DNA of 64,000 nucleotides, taken from assembly GCA_900544655.1 (NCBI GenBank), contig UQWE01000001.1, positions 119,636-183,635 of the forward strand, given 5' to 3'. Source of the DNA: an uncultured Coriobacteriaceae bacterium. GTDB taxonomy: Bacteria > Actinomycetota > Coriobacteriia > Coriobacteriales > Atopobiaceae. Position 1 is the stretch's first letter; every line of letters starts with the position of its first letter. Made by a program: the position numbers and the translations under genes. The notes beneath the pieces are model-generated. The model was not told where the DNA came from, searched no databases, and saw nothing but the letters and a program-made list of their open reading frames with translations. Below, piece after piece: positions 40,802 through 50,568 of the stretch.

Positions 40802-43024
40802 CTAAAGGTGCATAACGCGATCGCGAATCTCCTCGGTGCGACCCTGGTTCCAGAACTGCGTACCGATATAACCGCAGGTACGACGGGCAACATTAAGCTT
40901 GCTCTGGTCGCGGTTGCCGCAGTGCGGGCACTCCCAGACAAGTTTGCCGTCATCCTCGACGATCTTGATCTCGCCGTCGTAGCCGCACTCCTGGCAATAG
41001 TCACTCTTGGTGTTGAGCTCGGCGTACATGATGTTGTCGTAGATGTACTGCAGCAGGCTCATAACGGCCTCGAGGTTATCCTGCATGTTGGGGACCTCGA
41101 CGTAGGAGATGGCTCCGCCAGGAGAGAGGCGCTGGAACTCGCTCTCGAACTTGAGCTTTGTGAAGGCGTCGATCTCCTCACGAACGTTCACGTGGTAGCT
41201 GTTCGTGATGTAGCCGTGATCGGTGATGCCGGGCACGACGCCAAAGCGACGCTGCAGGCACTTGGCGAACTTGTACGTCGTCGACTCAAGAGGCGTGCCG
41301 TAGAGGGAGTAGTCGATGTTCTCGGCCTGCTTCCACTCGGTGCACTTGTCGTTCATACGCTGCATGACGGCAAGGGCAAACGGAGTGGCCTCCGGATCGG
41401 TGTGCGAGTGACCGGTCATGAACTTCACGCACTCGTAGAGGCCGGCATAGCCAAGGCTGATGGTAGAGTAGCCGCCATACAGCAGCGGGTCAATCGGGGC
41501 ACCCTTGGGTAGACGTGCCAGAGCGCCATACTGCCAAAGAATGGGCGCGGCATCGGAGAGCGTCCCCTTGAGGCGGTCATGACGGCAGCGAAGGGCCTTG
41601 TGGCAGAGCTCGAGGCGCTTGTCGAAGATCTTCCAGAACTCATCGACGTCACCCTGAGACGAAAGCGCCACGTCCGGAAGGTTGATCGTCACGACGCCCT
41701 GATTGAAACGACCGTAGTACTTGGGCTTACCCGGCTGGTAGTTGAGGGCGCGGGCGACGTTGTCATAGCCATTGCCCGTGCGATCCGGCGTGAGGAAGCT
41801 ACGGCAGCCCATGCAGGTATAGCAGTCGCCGTTGCCGGGGGTCTCACCAAGAGAGAGCTTGAGCTCGCGCATCTTCTTCTCAGAGATGTAGTCGGGCACC
41901 ATGCGCTTGGCCGTGCACTTGGCGGCAAGCTGCGTCAGGTGGTAGTACTTCTGGCCAGGCCTGATGTTGTCATCCTCGAGCACGTAGATAAGCTTGGGGA
42001 ACGCGGGCGTGATCCAGACGCCGTCCTCGTTCTTAACGCCCTCGTAGCGCTGGCGCAGCGTCTCCTCGATGATGAGCGCGAGGTCGTGCTTCTCCTGGGC
42101 GTTACGAGCCTCGTTGAGGTACATGAAGACCGTCACGAACGGCGCTTGCCCGTTCGTGGTCATGAGCGTGACGACCTGATACTGAATGGTCTGGACGCCA
42201 CGACGGATCTCGTCGAGCAGGCGAACCTCGACGACCTCAGAGACCTTCTCCTCGGAAGCCTCGACGCCAAGGGTCGTGAGCTCGCGCAGGACCTCACGAC
42301 GAATCTTCTGACGGCTGACCTCAACGAACGGAGCGAGGTGCGTCAGCGAGATGGACTGGCCGCCGTACTGCGAGGATGCGACCTGGGCGATGATCTGCGT
42401 GGCGATGTTGCACGCGGTCGAGAAGCTATGGGGCTTCTCGATGAGGGTACCGGAGATGACGGTGCCGTTCTGGAGCATGTCCTCGAGATTCACGAGGTCG
42501 CAGTTGTGCATGTGCTGGGCATAGTAATCCGAGTCATGGAAGTGGATGATGCCCTCGTTGTGAGCCTCCACGACGTCCTCGGGCAGAAGCATGCGCATGG
42601 TGAGGTCCTTGGAGACCTCGCCAGCCATGTAGTCACGCTGGACGGAGTTGACCGTGGGGTTCTTGTTCGAGTTCTCCTGCTTGACCTCTTCGTTGTTGCA
42701 CTCGATGAGGGAGAGGATCTTGTCGTCCGTCGTGTTGTTCTGGCGCTTCAGGCCCTGAACATAACGATAGGTAATGTAGTTGCGAGCGACCGAGAAGGCG
42801 CCCTTGGCCATGATCTGGTCCTCGACCATGTCCTGGACTTCCTCAACCGTAACGGTGTGACCGCAGGCAAGAGCCTCAGCCTCAACAGCATCGCCCGCAT
42901 CGAGAATTTGCTGGTGCGTGAGACGCTGCTCGGGCGGAACGGTGATATTGGCACGCTCGATGGCGGAGACGATCTTGGTCACGTCAAAGGTGACCTCTGA
43001 GCCGTTTCGCTTGACGATCTTCAT
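40802..43024 (-). CDS. nrdD: Anaerobic (class III) ribonucleoside-triphosphate reductase with ATP-cone
   Basis: MKIVKRNG ATP-cone, IHFHD, MGCRSFL, GRFNQGVVTINL, CQECG...CPHCG, RRTCGYIG glycyl-radical motif. Confidence 0.98.
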   Translation of the reverse strand: MKIVKRNGSEVTFDVTKIVSAIERANITVPPEQRLTHQQILDAGDAVEAEALACGHTVTVEEVQDMVEDQIMAKGAFSVARNYITYRYVQGLKRQNNTTDDKILSLIECNNEEVKQENSNKNPTVNSVQRDYMAGEVSKDLTMRMLLPEDVVEAHNEGIIHFHDSDYYAQHMHNCDLVNLEDMLQNGTVISGTLIEKPHSFSTACNIATQIIAQVASSQYGGQSISLTHLAPFVEVSRQKIRREVLRELTTLGVEASEEKVSEVVEVRLLDEIRRGVQTIQYQVVTLMTTNGQAPFVTVFMYLNEARNAQEKHDLALIIEETLRQRYEGVKNEDGVWITPAFPKLIYVLEDDNIRPGQKYYHLTQLAAKCTAKRMVPDYISEKKMRELKLSLGETPGNGDCYTCMGCRSFLTPDRTGNGYDNVARALNYQPGKPKYYGRFNQGVVTINLPDVALSSQGDVDEFWKIFDKRLELCHKALRCRHDRLKGTLSDAAPILWQYGALARLPKGAPIDPLLYGGYSTISLGYAGLYECVKFMTGHSHTDPEATPFALAVMQRMNDKCTEWKQAENIDYSLYGTPLESTTYKFAKCLQRRFGVVPGITDHGYITNSYHVNVREEIDAFTKLKFESEFQRLSPGGAISYVEVPNMQDNLEAVMSLLQYIYDNIMYAELNTKSDYCQECGYDGEIKIVEDDGKLVWECPHCGNRDQSKLNVARRTCGYIGTQFWNQGRTEEIRDRVMHL

Positions 43025-43221
43025 TGCATGCCTCCAATTCAAGTCGCGGACTGGCCGCGAGGCAAATCTGTACGTAAAGTAACGTTTCGAACACTAGGTG
43101 CGTTGGGATGGACCCTGCCAAGCTCGCATCCGGCAGGCTCCATCCTAACGCACTAGCAAGACAAAAGAAGACTTGACATTGGCAAGATGTATACAACCAG
43201 CTGACGCTTTTTAATCTTATA

Positions 43222-43237
43222 CCCCAAGATATTGTGT
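43222..43237. promoter_or_regulatory. NrdR box upstream of nrdD
   Basis: CCCCAAGATATTGTGT versus NrdR consensus acaCwAtATaTwGtgt; overlaps a candidate -10 region for nrdD. Confidence 0.65.
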
Positions 43238-43447
43238 TTCAGCAGGTCTAGAGCCTATGAAATAAATGCGAAGAGCGCAACTCCCTCCCATCTATCGGCG
43301 AACGGCCCAAGTCCCCACACAAGGAGCTCAAAATTCGACCTTCAGTCGAGGATGGCGTACCATTGGACAGCATATGACGACCATACTCCGGGATTTCAAG
43401 CCGGAGGATTAACGCAATGGCGCCGTGAAGCGCCGGGAGGAAGAGAC

Positions 43448-44509
43448 ATGCCCAACGAAGGAAGCTACGAGGTCGCCCTCGAGCGCAGCGAGCGCATCCG
43501 TACGGACCTGCCCGAGCACCCCGAGCGTTACACGATGCTCACCGGAGACCGCCCGACGGGTCGCCTCCACCTCGGCCACTACTTTGGCACCCTTCAGAAT
43601 CGAGTCGAACTTCAGAACATGGGCGTCCATACCAACGTCCTCATCGCGGACTACCAAGTCATCACGGACCGTGACACGACTGAGCACATCCGCGGCAACG
43701 TCTACAACATGGTCATGGACTACCTCGCCTGCGGCCTGGACCCTGACAAGACGATGATCTACACGCACTCCTCCGTGCCTGCGGCAAACCAGCTCATGCT
43801 GCCGTTCCTCTCGCTCGTCTCCGAGGCAGAGCTCTCCCGCAACCCGACGGTCAAGGCCGAGATGGAGGCGAGCGGCCACGAACTTACCGGCCTGCTCCTC
43901 ACCTATCCCGTCCACCAGGCCTGCGACATCCTGTTCTGCAAGGGCAACGTGGTTCCCGTTGGCCGCGACCAGCTCCCGCACATCGAGCTCACGCGCACCA
44001 TCGCACGCAAATTCAACAAGCGCTACTGCAAGGACACCGAACCCGTCTTTCCGATGGTCAACGCGCTTCTCTCCGACACTCCCCTACTCCCCGGCCTCGA
44101 CGGTCGCAAGATGAGCAAGTCCTACGGCAATGCCATCTCCATCTCCATGACGCCCGAGGAGACGGCTGAGCGCATCAAGAAGAGCAAGACGGATGGCGAG
44201 CGCATGATCACGTTTGACCCCGAGAACCGTCCCGGCGTCTCCGGCCTGCTTTCCACTGCTGCCATCTGCACGGGCCGCTCCGAGGTCGAAATCGCAGAGG
44301 AAATTGGCATGAGCGGCTCTGGCGCCCTCAAGAAGTACGTGACGGAGGCTGTGAACAATCGCTTCGCCGAGATTCGCGAGCGTCGTCACGTCTACGAGAA
44401 CGATCTTGACTACGTGAAGGACGTCCTCGCCGAGGGAAACCGCCGTGCCAACGAAATTGCCGAGGCCACCCTGGCCGAGGTCTGCGAGGCCATGGGGATG
44501 ACCTACTAG
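43448..44509 (+). CDS. trpS: Tryptophan--tRNA ligase
   Basis: TGDRPTGRLHLGHYFG, YPVHQACDI, VPVGRDQLPH, KMSKSYGN; GGAGG RBS. Confidence 0.97.
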   Translation: MPNEGSYEVALERSERIRTDLPEHPERYTMLTGDRPTGRLHLGHYFGTLQNRVELQNMGVHTNVLIADYQVITDRDTTEHIRGNVYNMVMDYLACGLDPDKTMIYTHSSVPAANQLMLPFLSLVSEAELSRNPTVKAEMEASGHELTGLLLTYPVHQACDILFCKGNVVPVGRDQLPHIELTRTIARKFNKRYCKDTEPVFPMVNALLSDTPLLPGLDGRKMSKSYGNAISISMTPEETAERIKKSKTDGERMITFDPENRPGVSGLLSTAAICTGRSEVEIAEEIGMSGSGALKKYVTEAVNNRFAEIRERRHVYENDLDYVKDVLAEGNRRANEIAEATLAEVCEAMGMTY

Positions 44510-44533
44510 GAAGTCACCCCAACGTAAGGCAAG

Positions 44534-44621
44534 GGGCCCAGCCCCTCAATTCTCCACTCAAACAGCTTTTGCCGCAGAGAGCGCGGCAAAAGAACTCGTG
44601 GCGAACTGAGGGGCTGGGCCC
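44534..44621. repeat. 88-bp nested inverted repeat (REP/REPIN-like or bidirectional terminator)
   Basis: Perfect 15-bp outer arms GGGCCCAGCCCCTCA/TGAGGGGCTGGGCCC, perfect 10-bp inner arms CTTTTGCCGC/GCGGCAAAAG. Confidence 0.75.
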
Positions 44622-44694
44622 TAACTTGTAGCAACACCTCGCGGCGGACAGAGTTGCCCTATGGGGGCAAAGCTACTTGGGCGCGTGGGGAGGG

Positions 44695-45117
44695 TTAGGC
44701 AGTGAGAGAGTCGGGGAAGAGGACTTGCTCGACAAGGTCGCAAGCGGTTGAGATGCAGATGGGGCAGGGAACAGCCGCACGGTCACCCTCGAGGCCCTTG
44801 AGGACGCGGCAAGTCACGGAACCGTTCTTCTCGCAGAATCGATTGAGAAGCTCGCGAGAGAGGGCATAGCTCGCCTTCTTGGTGGACGGGTTCTCGAGGT
44901 TGCCGTCGCTCGTAGCGAGGCTTGCGAGGTAGACGGCACCGGAAAGCGCGCCACAAGTGCCAAGCATCCCGCCCATGCCAAGGCCAAAGGCCTCGGTCGA
45001 ACGGAAGGCCTCCTCCTCGGAAACGCCAACGAGGTCGCAATAGGTGCAGGCAACGGCCTGGGCGCAGTTGTAGCCTTTCTTGTGGCGTTCTGCTGCAAGG
45101 ACGGCTCTAGATACCAA
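44695..45117 (-). CDS. C-GCAxxG-C-C family (putative redox-active) protein
   Basis: GYNCAQAV, FGLGMG...TCGALSGA, SVTCRVLKG, PCPIC. Confidence 0.88.
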   Translation of the reverse strand: MVSRAVLAAERHKKGYNCAQAVACTYCDLVGVSEEEAFRSTEAFGLGMGGMLGTCGALSGAVYLASLATSDGNLENPSTKKASYALSRELLNRFCEKNGSVTCRVLKGLEGDRAAVPCPICISTACDLVEQVLFPDSLTA

Positions 45118-45210
45118 AACGACTCCTTTCGCCGCGTATCACGCGACAACAATCAACCCTGGCAACCCAAGGCGCCAGAACAGCCGAATTAAAGATCCCC
45201 GGCGGCACCG

Positions 45211-45564
45211 CTACTCTGAGTCCGCGGGAAGAAGGCCCATACCGAGGTTCTTGCCTCCGAGTACGTGCATGTGGAAGTGCATGACCGTCTGGCCCGCATT
45301 CGCGCCCGCGTTAGAGATAACCCGGTAGCCAGACTCCTCGATGCCCTCTGCCTTCACGACCTCGGAGATAGCATGGGTCATGGCAGCGAGAGTCTTGGCG
45401 GAAACGCCATCGCAAATGTTGGCATAGTGCTTCTTGGGGATAACGAGAACATGCGTCGGGGCCTGAGGGTCGAGGTCGCGGAAAGCAATAACCTCGTCAT
45501 CCTCGAATACAACGTTGGAGGGAATCTCATGGTTGGCAATCTTGCAGAAGATGCAATCAGACAT
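45211..45564 (-). CDS. HIT-family nucleotide hydrolase (HinT-like)
   Basis: DCIFCKI, AFRDLDPQAPTHVLVIPK, AGQTVMHFHMHVLGG. Confidence 0.94.
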   Translation of the reverse strand: MSDCIFCKIANHEIPSNVVFEDDEVIAFRDLDPQAPTHVLVIPKKHYANICDGVSAKTLAAMTHAISEVVKAEGIEESGYRVISNAGANAGQTVMHFHMHVLGGKNLGMGLLPADSE

Positions 45565-45572
45565 CGTTTCTC

Positions 45573-45833
45573 CTAATCTTCGTTTGTGGCTGCCGTCGTA
45601 TCAGGTGCGACGACCTCACTGGTGGTGTCGAGCAAGACCTTAACCTTCTGCTCAGCGTTGGTAAGACGCTCGCGAAGGCTTTTCAATAGCTCGACACCTC
45701 GAGCATAACGCGCAAGGGCGTCCTCAAGCTCAAGATCGCCACTCTCGAGAGAACGCACGACCTGCTCAAGCTCAATAGAAGCCTCCTTGAAAGAAAGCTC
45801 CTCGACCGGAGTCTCCAAATCCCTATCCGCCAT
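45573..45833 (-). CDS. xseB: Exodeoxyribonuclease VII small subunit
   Basis: LSFKEA..ELEQVV..LE.GDLELEDAL..Y.RGVEL...L..AEQKV. Confidence 0.93.
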   Translation of the reverse strand: MADRDLETPVEELSFKEASIELEQVVRSLESGDLELEDALARYARGVELLKSLRERLTNAEQKVKVLLDTTSEVVAPDTTAATNED

Positions 45834-45875
45834 TTCCAACCACCTTCCTGCCGGCAAACACCAGCTATGTCAAAT

Positions 45876-47267
45876 TTAGTCACAGGTTCCAGTAACGGAA
45901 GCTTCGAAGCTACCTGCCCCGACACGAACGCCAACAGAGTCTCCAACGACCAAAGACGAAGCATCGGTAACGACATGCCCGGCCTCATCGCGAGCGATGG
46001 CGTACCCGCGCCCGAGAACCTTCAAAGGTGAGAGCGCGTCTAGAGTCGCCGCCATGCTTGAAACCATTGCCTCGTGAGGACGAAGCATGCGGGATGCCGC
46101 AGCGTCGAGTCGGGCAGAGCAATCTTCCAGCGAGCTAGCCTTACGATCCAAGGCACGCGGCAAAGCATCTACCAGACGCTGCTCAGACTGCATGAGAGCG
46201 ACAGCACGATCATCAATGAGGGACTCCGGATTCGTGAGGCACCGGCGTTTGGCAAGACCTTCGAGCCGGACCCGTTCGCGATCGAGAAGCGTCGACATTC
46301 CGCGCGCAAGCGAAGTGTCGACCTGTTCGAGGGAACGCTCATCGGCGGCGAGCGCAAGGTCCATAGCTCGCGCCAGGCGCTCCCGACGCCCGTTAATCGA
46401 GGTCACAATCTCATCGAGGGCCGGAGCCACGCTTTCTGCGGCGGCTGTGGGCGTTGAAGTTCGACGGTCCGCAACATCATCGCAGATCGAGTTGTCCGGT
46501 TCATGTCCAATGCCCGTAATGACGGGAACGGGACAAGCGAAAACCGCCCGAGCGAGAGTTTCGTCATTGAAGGTCATGAGATCTTCATAAGAACCCCCGC
46601 CTCGGACAAGCAAGATCGCGTCTGGTTCAGATGCCGCGGCAACCTCAAGAGCGCGAATGATTGTGGCGGGAGCGCCGGGACCCTGGACCTGACATCCCAC
46701 AGCATCGATCTCAACCAGTGGGTTGCGCCGCCGGAGCGTCCGCTTAACATCGTCGATCACGGAGCCGGAAAGGCTCGTGACCACGGCAACACGCGTGCAA
46801 AAACGCATGATGGGCTGCTTGCGAGCCGGGTCCATGAGACCCTCAATCTTGAGCTTCTCTCGAAGAAGAGCAACCTGTTGCCTCAAAAGCCCCTCTCCAG
46901 AAACGGAGATGCGACTCGCGATAAACGAAAGCCTGCCAAATCCGACGTAGACATCAAACTTACCCCGGAGCTCGAGCTGCATGCCATCACGCAGCTCGAT
47001 GCCACTCGATGCATAGACGCCGCGCCAAACGATGACGTCCATCGCCGCGGATTCGTCCTTGACTTGAAAGTAGCAGTGGCCAGACCGAGCGTTGGGCCCC
47101 CTAAAGCCCGTGACCTCACCGGTCACGAGGAAGGAACCCATTTCCCCCACACGAGCCTTCGCGGCGCCCACGGCAGAGCTCACCGAGATTGGCCCTCGCG
47201 ATGCAGCGCCAAGTGCAGCAGATGCGAAGTCTATGCTGCCGCTCGTCTCCTCGCGTCCCCAGGCCAT
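45876..47267 (-). CDS. xseA: Exodeoxyribonuclease VII large subunit
   Basis: VTGEV, SGHCYFQVKD, VRGGGSYEDL..FN.E, TGIGHEPD, TPTAAAE, LSPL.VL.RGY. Confidence 0.96.
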   Translation of the reverse strand: MAWGREETSGSIDFASAALGAASRGPISVSSAVGAAKARVGEMGSFLVTGEVTGFRGPNARSGHCYFQVKDESAAMDVIVWRGVYASSGIELRDGMQLELRGKFDVYVGFGRLSFIASRISVSGEGLLRQQVALLREKLKIEGLMDPARKQPIMRFCTRVAVVTSLSGSVIDDVKRTLRRRNPLVEIDAVGCQVQGPGAPATIIRALEVAAASEPDAILLVRGGGSYEDLMTFNDETLARAVFACPVPVITGIGHEPDNSICDDVADRRTSTPTAAAESVAPALDEIVTSINGRRERLARAMDLALAADERSLEQVDTSLARGMSTLLDRERVRLEGLAKRRCLTNPESLIDDRAVALMQSEQRLVDALPRALDRKASSLEDCSARLDAAASRMLRPHEAMVSSMAATLDALSPLKVLGRGYAIARDEAGHVVTDASSLVVGDSVGVRVGAGSFEASVTGTCD

Positions 47268-47972
47268 CTAGTCATTCCTCCGCTGAACACGAGAAAGGTA
47301 GTAGAGAAGCTGAAGCACAGATACGAGCGCGGCAGCAACGTACGTCAGCGCCGCCGCGATTAGCACCTTACGCGCACCGCGGACCGCAGTCTCGCTCATG
47401 CCGCTGCGCTCGAGATAGGCAACGGCGCGACGAGAGGCATCGAACTCGACGGGAAGCGTCACGATCTGGAAAATGACCGAGAAGGCAAAGAGGATGACGG
47501 CAAACTGCACAAGGCCAGCAAGGCCAATGGCTACGCCGGCGAAGAACATGATCATCCATGCGTTGGATGCGAAGTTGACGATGGGCACGAGAGCGGAGCG
47601 AACCTTCACCGGAATGTAGCCCCTTGAATGCTGAACCGCGTGGCCAGCTTCGTGACAAGCAACGGCAGCACTCGCCACGGAGCCGCCGCTAAGGTTGGCT
47701 CGCGAAAGGTTGAGAACGTTCGAGCGCGGATCGAAGTTATCCGTTAGCTCACCCGCGATGGGCTGAATCCTCATGCCGGAGACGCCTTCATCAGCAAGCA
47801 TGCGCTCTGCTACCTGGGCTCCAGTAAGCCCGCAATCAAGCCCGACTTTAGACCACGTCCTATACGTCGACTTAATATATGACTGCGTGACAAGGCCAAG
47901 CAGGGTAGACACAAGAACCAAGACGAGGTACGAGGTGTCATACCCCATCCCGTAGCCCATGCCGTAGAACAT
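47268..47972 (-). CDS. Putative membrane neutral zinc metallopeptidase (YugP-like)
   Basis: LTDNFDP, AVACHEAGHAVQH (HExxH), LPVEFDASRRA, AAALTYVAA. Confidence 0.92.
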   Translation of the reverse strand: MFYGMGYGMGYDTSYLVLVLVSTLLGLVTQSYIKSTYRTWSKVGLDCGLTGAQVAERMLADEGVSGMRIQPIAGELTDNFDPRSNVLNLSRANLSGGSVASAAVACHEAGHAVQHSRGYIPVKVRSALVPIVNFASNAWMIMFFAGVAIGLAGLVQFAVILFAFSVIFQIVTLPVEFDASRRAVAYLERSGMSETAVRGARKVLIAAALTYVAAALVSVLQLLYYLSRVQRRND

Positions 47973-48023
47973 ACGAACCCCCAATCAGTGAATTTCTTTG
48001 AGTATGTACCCAAAGCCGGACAC

Positions 48024-48052
48024 AAAAGGAGCCGGACTTCTCACCCGGCTCC
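48024..48052 (-). terminator. Intrinsic terminator after rnd
   Basis: Minus strand GGAGCCGG-loop-CCGGCTCCTTTT. Confidence 0.7.
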
Positions 48053-48077
48053 CCAAACATTAGATTCGCTATGTAGC

Positions 48078-49211
48078 CTAAAGAATCTCCACTCGACCGT
48101 CCTTGACGGTCAGGCCGCAGTCGCCCAAGAGGAGTCCCTTGAGCTTCTCCCCCGCGATGTCGCGTCGCCATCCAGAAGCGAGAGACGCATCCTCTCTCCC
48201 GGCCATGAATTCAAGGAGGTCTTCGCGCGTTGCGATGAGCTGCGCGGCCACGCCGGTCTTCTCGGAAATGATGCGCACCATGGCATACATGAGGTCGATG
48301 ACGCATTCCTGATCGGCAGACGGGCGCGAGCGCTTTGGAAGACTCGGACAATCGGCCGCTTGGCATGCGGCGCCGCGCGAAATGGCATGCACCAAAGCAT
48401 CCGCATCACGCTCAGACAACTGCTCGGTTCCGCGGATTCGACGCAGTCGTTGTGAATCCACCGGTCCGCGCTTGCAAATCTCGAGCATCACCTCATCGGA
48501 GAGAACCCACTTACGAGGGATATCGCGCTTGGACGCCAAACGCTCTCGCCAAGCGCAGGCCTCGCGTGCCACGGCAAGTTGACGTCGGGTGAGCGACGAG
48601 GCCCGCTTGAGGTGGCGAAACGCGTTCATTGGCTCGTGACGATAATGAGACGGGTCAAGCAAAGCCTGCATCTCGGGAAGGACCATCGAGAGACGATCGC
48701 GCTCGACGAGCTCGGAGAGCATAGTCTCATAAATACCCGGAAGGTAGCGCACGTCATCTTCTGCGTACGTTAGCTGCTCGGGATCAAGCGGACGACGAGA
48801 CCAGTCCGTTAGGCTCTCGGCCTTGGCGAGGCGAACGCCAGTGTAGGCCTCAACGAGGCCTCCGTAACCAAGTTGCATGCGCTGACCGAGAAACGCGGCA
48901 GCAAGCTGGGTGTCGAACAGAGGGGCCGGAACACATCCCAAGCTGCCATCGATGACTTCGAGATCCTGCGAGCACGCATGAAAGACTTTGGTAATAGCCG
49001 GGTTCTCAAATAGTTCTACCACCGGAGAAAGGTCTGAGATGGCAATCGGATCAACGGCGGCGATATCGTCCGCCGACGTAGCGAGCTGGATTAGACAAAG
49101 ACGCGGACGATACGTGCGCTCACGAAGAAACTCAGTGTCAACAGCAAGCACGCTCGAGGAGGCAGCACGCTCACAAAAGCGCCTGAGCTCCTCCGATGTG
49201 GAGATGAACAA
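48078..49211 (-). CDS. rnd: Ribonuclease D (DEDDy exonuclease + HRDC)
   Basis: AVDTEF, LCLIQLA, KVFHACSQD, FDTQLAA, DWSRRPL...YAEDDV, WRE..A...DIP; TTG start at 49211. Confidence 0.94.
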   Translation of the reverse strand: MFISTSEELRRFCERAASSSVLAVDTEFLRERTYRPRLCLIQLATSADDIAAVDPIAISDLSPVVELFENPAITKVFHACSQDLEVIDGSLGCVPAPLFDTQLAAAFLGQRMQLGYGGLVEAYTGVRLAKAESLTDWSRRPLDPEQLTYAEDDVRYLPGIYETMLSELVERDRLSMVLPEMQALLDPSHYRHEPMNAFRHLKRASSLTRRQLAVAREACAWRERLASKRDIPRKWVLSDEVMLEICKRGPVDSQRLRRIRGTEQLSERDADALVHAISRGAACQAADCPSLPKRSRPSADQECVIDLMYAMVRIISEKTGVAAQLIATREDLLEFMAGREDASLASGWRRDIAGEKLKGLLLGDCGLTVKDGRVEIL

Positions 49212-49311
49212 AACGTGACCCCTCAGCCCCATCGCATCCATAAAACGACCGGGCAAAATCGGCTACCATGGCTGTGGCCCGTTTGGGCCCACAGACAGGA
49301 GGATACCATCC

Positions 49312-50283
49312 ATGCGCTGCCTCATTGTTCATAATCCGCGTTCTGGCTTCGGGTCAGACGCGGTCTACGCATTTGAGCGCGAGCTCGTTCGTCCTGGCGA
49401 CGAATGCGTGCTGCGCGTCCTTGACGACGAGAACGCTGACGAGAAGGCCCTCGACGATGCCGAGACGTTTGACGTGGTTGTCATATCGGGCGGCGACGGG
49501 ACGATTTCGAACCTCCTCTACATGTTGCGCGATCGCGCAGTTCCCACCTGCGTGTTTCCGTCTGGCACGGCCAACCTCCTCTTCGCTAATATCGGCAACT
49601 CTCCAGAGCCTGCCGCCCTCGCCCGCGCCTGCCGATGGGGAGACACCATAAGCGCGGACCTCGGCGAAGCAAGCTGGGAGAGCGCTGGAGGCCCAACCAA
49701 GCGAGGCTTTTCCATCATGACCGGCACTGGGTTTGACGCCGAACTCATGGCTGCCGCCGCGCCCAACAAGAGGACGATGGGCGAGGTAGCCTATTTCATG
49801 GCCGCCCTCTCGGACCCGACACCCAAGGTCAACCACTTCGCAATCACCGTCGACGGAGAGACCTACGAGCGCGACGGAATCGCCTGCCTCGTCGCGAACA
49901 ATGCCATGCTCCAGCTAGATGTCGATGTGGTCCCCGGATGCGTCATGGACGACGGCCTGCTCGACGTCATCGTCCTTGAAGTGAGCGTCACGGCTCAGCT
50001 CATTCGACCGCTCATCGCCAGCCTCGTCGACCCGAAGGGCGAGCGTGGCAACAGGCCTCGCATTGAGACCTTCAGGGGCAGAAGAATCGAAGTCAAGACC
50101 TCCGAGCCCATCCCCATGCAGGTCGATGGCGAAGTCGTCCCTGACATGGTCACCAGCTGGCGCGCCGAGGTCCTTCCCGCCGCATGCGAGCTCGTGGTGG
50201 ACGGCCTCTCCCGCTACCAGCCCAAGATTCGCCGCACGAGCCCCAAATTCCCCGTTGCCGCCCAACTCGCCTTCCCCGAATAA
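49312..50283 (+). CDS. Diacylglycerol/lipid kinase family protein
   Basis: HNPRSG, SGGDGT, PSGTANL, GTGFDA, DDGLLD, QVDGE. Confidence 0.9.
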   Translation: MRCLIVHNPRSGFGSDAVYAFERELVRPGDECVLRVLDDENADEKALDDAETFDVVVISGGDGTISNLLYMLRDRAVPTCVFPSGTANLLFANIGNSPEPAALARACRWGDTISADLGEASWESAGGPTKRGFSIMTGTGFDAELMAAAAPNKRTMGEVAYFMAALSDPTPKVNHFAITVDGETYERDGIACLVANNAMLQLDVDVVPGCVMDDGLLDVIVLEVSVTAQLIRPLIASLVDPKGERGNRPRIETFRGRRIEVKTSEPIPMQVDGEVVPDMVTSWRAEVLPAACELVVDGLSRYQPKIRRTSPKFPVAAQLAFPE

Positions 50284-50295
50284 CCAAGGAAGACG

Positions 50296-50504
50296 ACTGA
50301 GCAGCCCGAGGCCCCGCACGCCTCTCCGCGCCGCTAAGTAGGCCGGCTGCGTAAACAACAGGCCCGGCCCCGATGCCCCGCAGCAAACATTCTTGGACAC
50401 TCAGCAGCCCGAGGCCCCGCACGCGTTTACGGCGCGCCAAGCAGCTCGGCGACAACGTAAACAAAAGGTTCCGCCCCGGTGCCCCCGCACAGACATTCTG
50501 AGAC
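50296..50504. repeat. Imperfect tandem duplication, two ~103-106 bp units
   Basis: Both units begin ACT(G/C)AGCAGCCCGAGGCCCCGCACGC and share CGTAAACAA(C/A)AGG and ACATTCT..GAC. Confidence 0.85.
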
Positions 50505-50545
50505 GCGAAGCGTCGAACGTCTGAAGGGGACGCCGGGGCGGAACC
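50463..50545 (-). terminator. Long hairpin terminator after the rmlA-like gene
   Basis: GGTTCCGCCCCGGTGCCCC pairs with GGGGACGCCGGGGCGGAACC, inner stems CAGAC/GTCTG and GACGC/GCGTC, TTTT follows on the minus strand. Confidence 0.7.
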
Positions 50546-50568
50546 GTCAGGTCAGTGATGCCTCAGAA

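Noticed and set aside
43180..43206. Second NrdR box
   Set aside because: Candidates 31 and 42 bp from the main box match only about half of the consensus.
43370..43447. Possible T-box leader before trpS (TGGCGCCGTG and small hairpins)
   Set aside because: No GGTGGNACC T-box consensus, no stem I or terminator, and too short.
50296..50504. CRISPR array
   Set aside because: Two long degenerate units, irregular spacing, similar rather than unique spacers, no cas genes.
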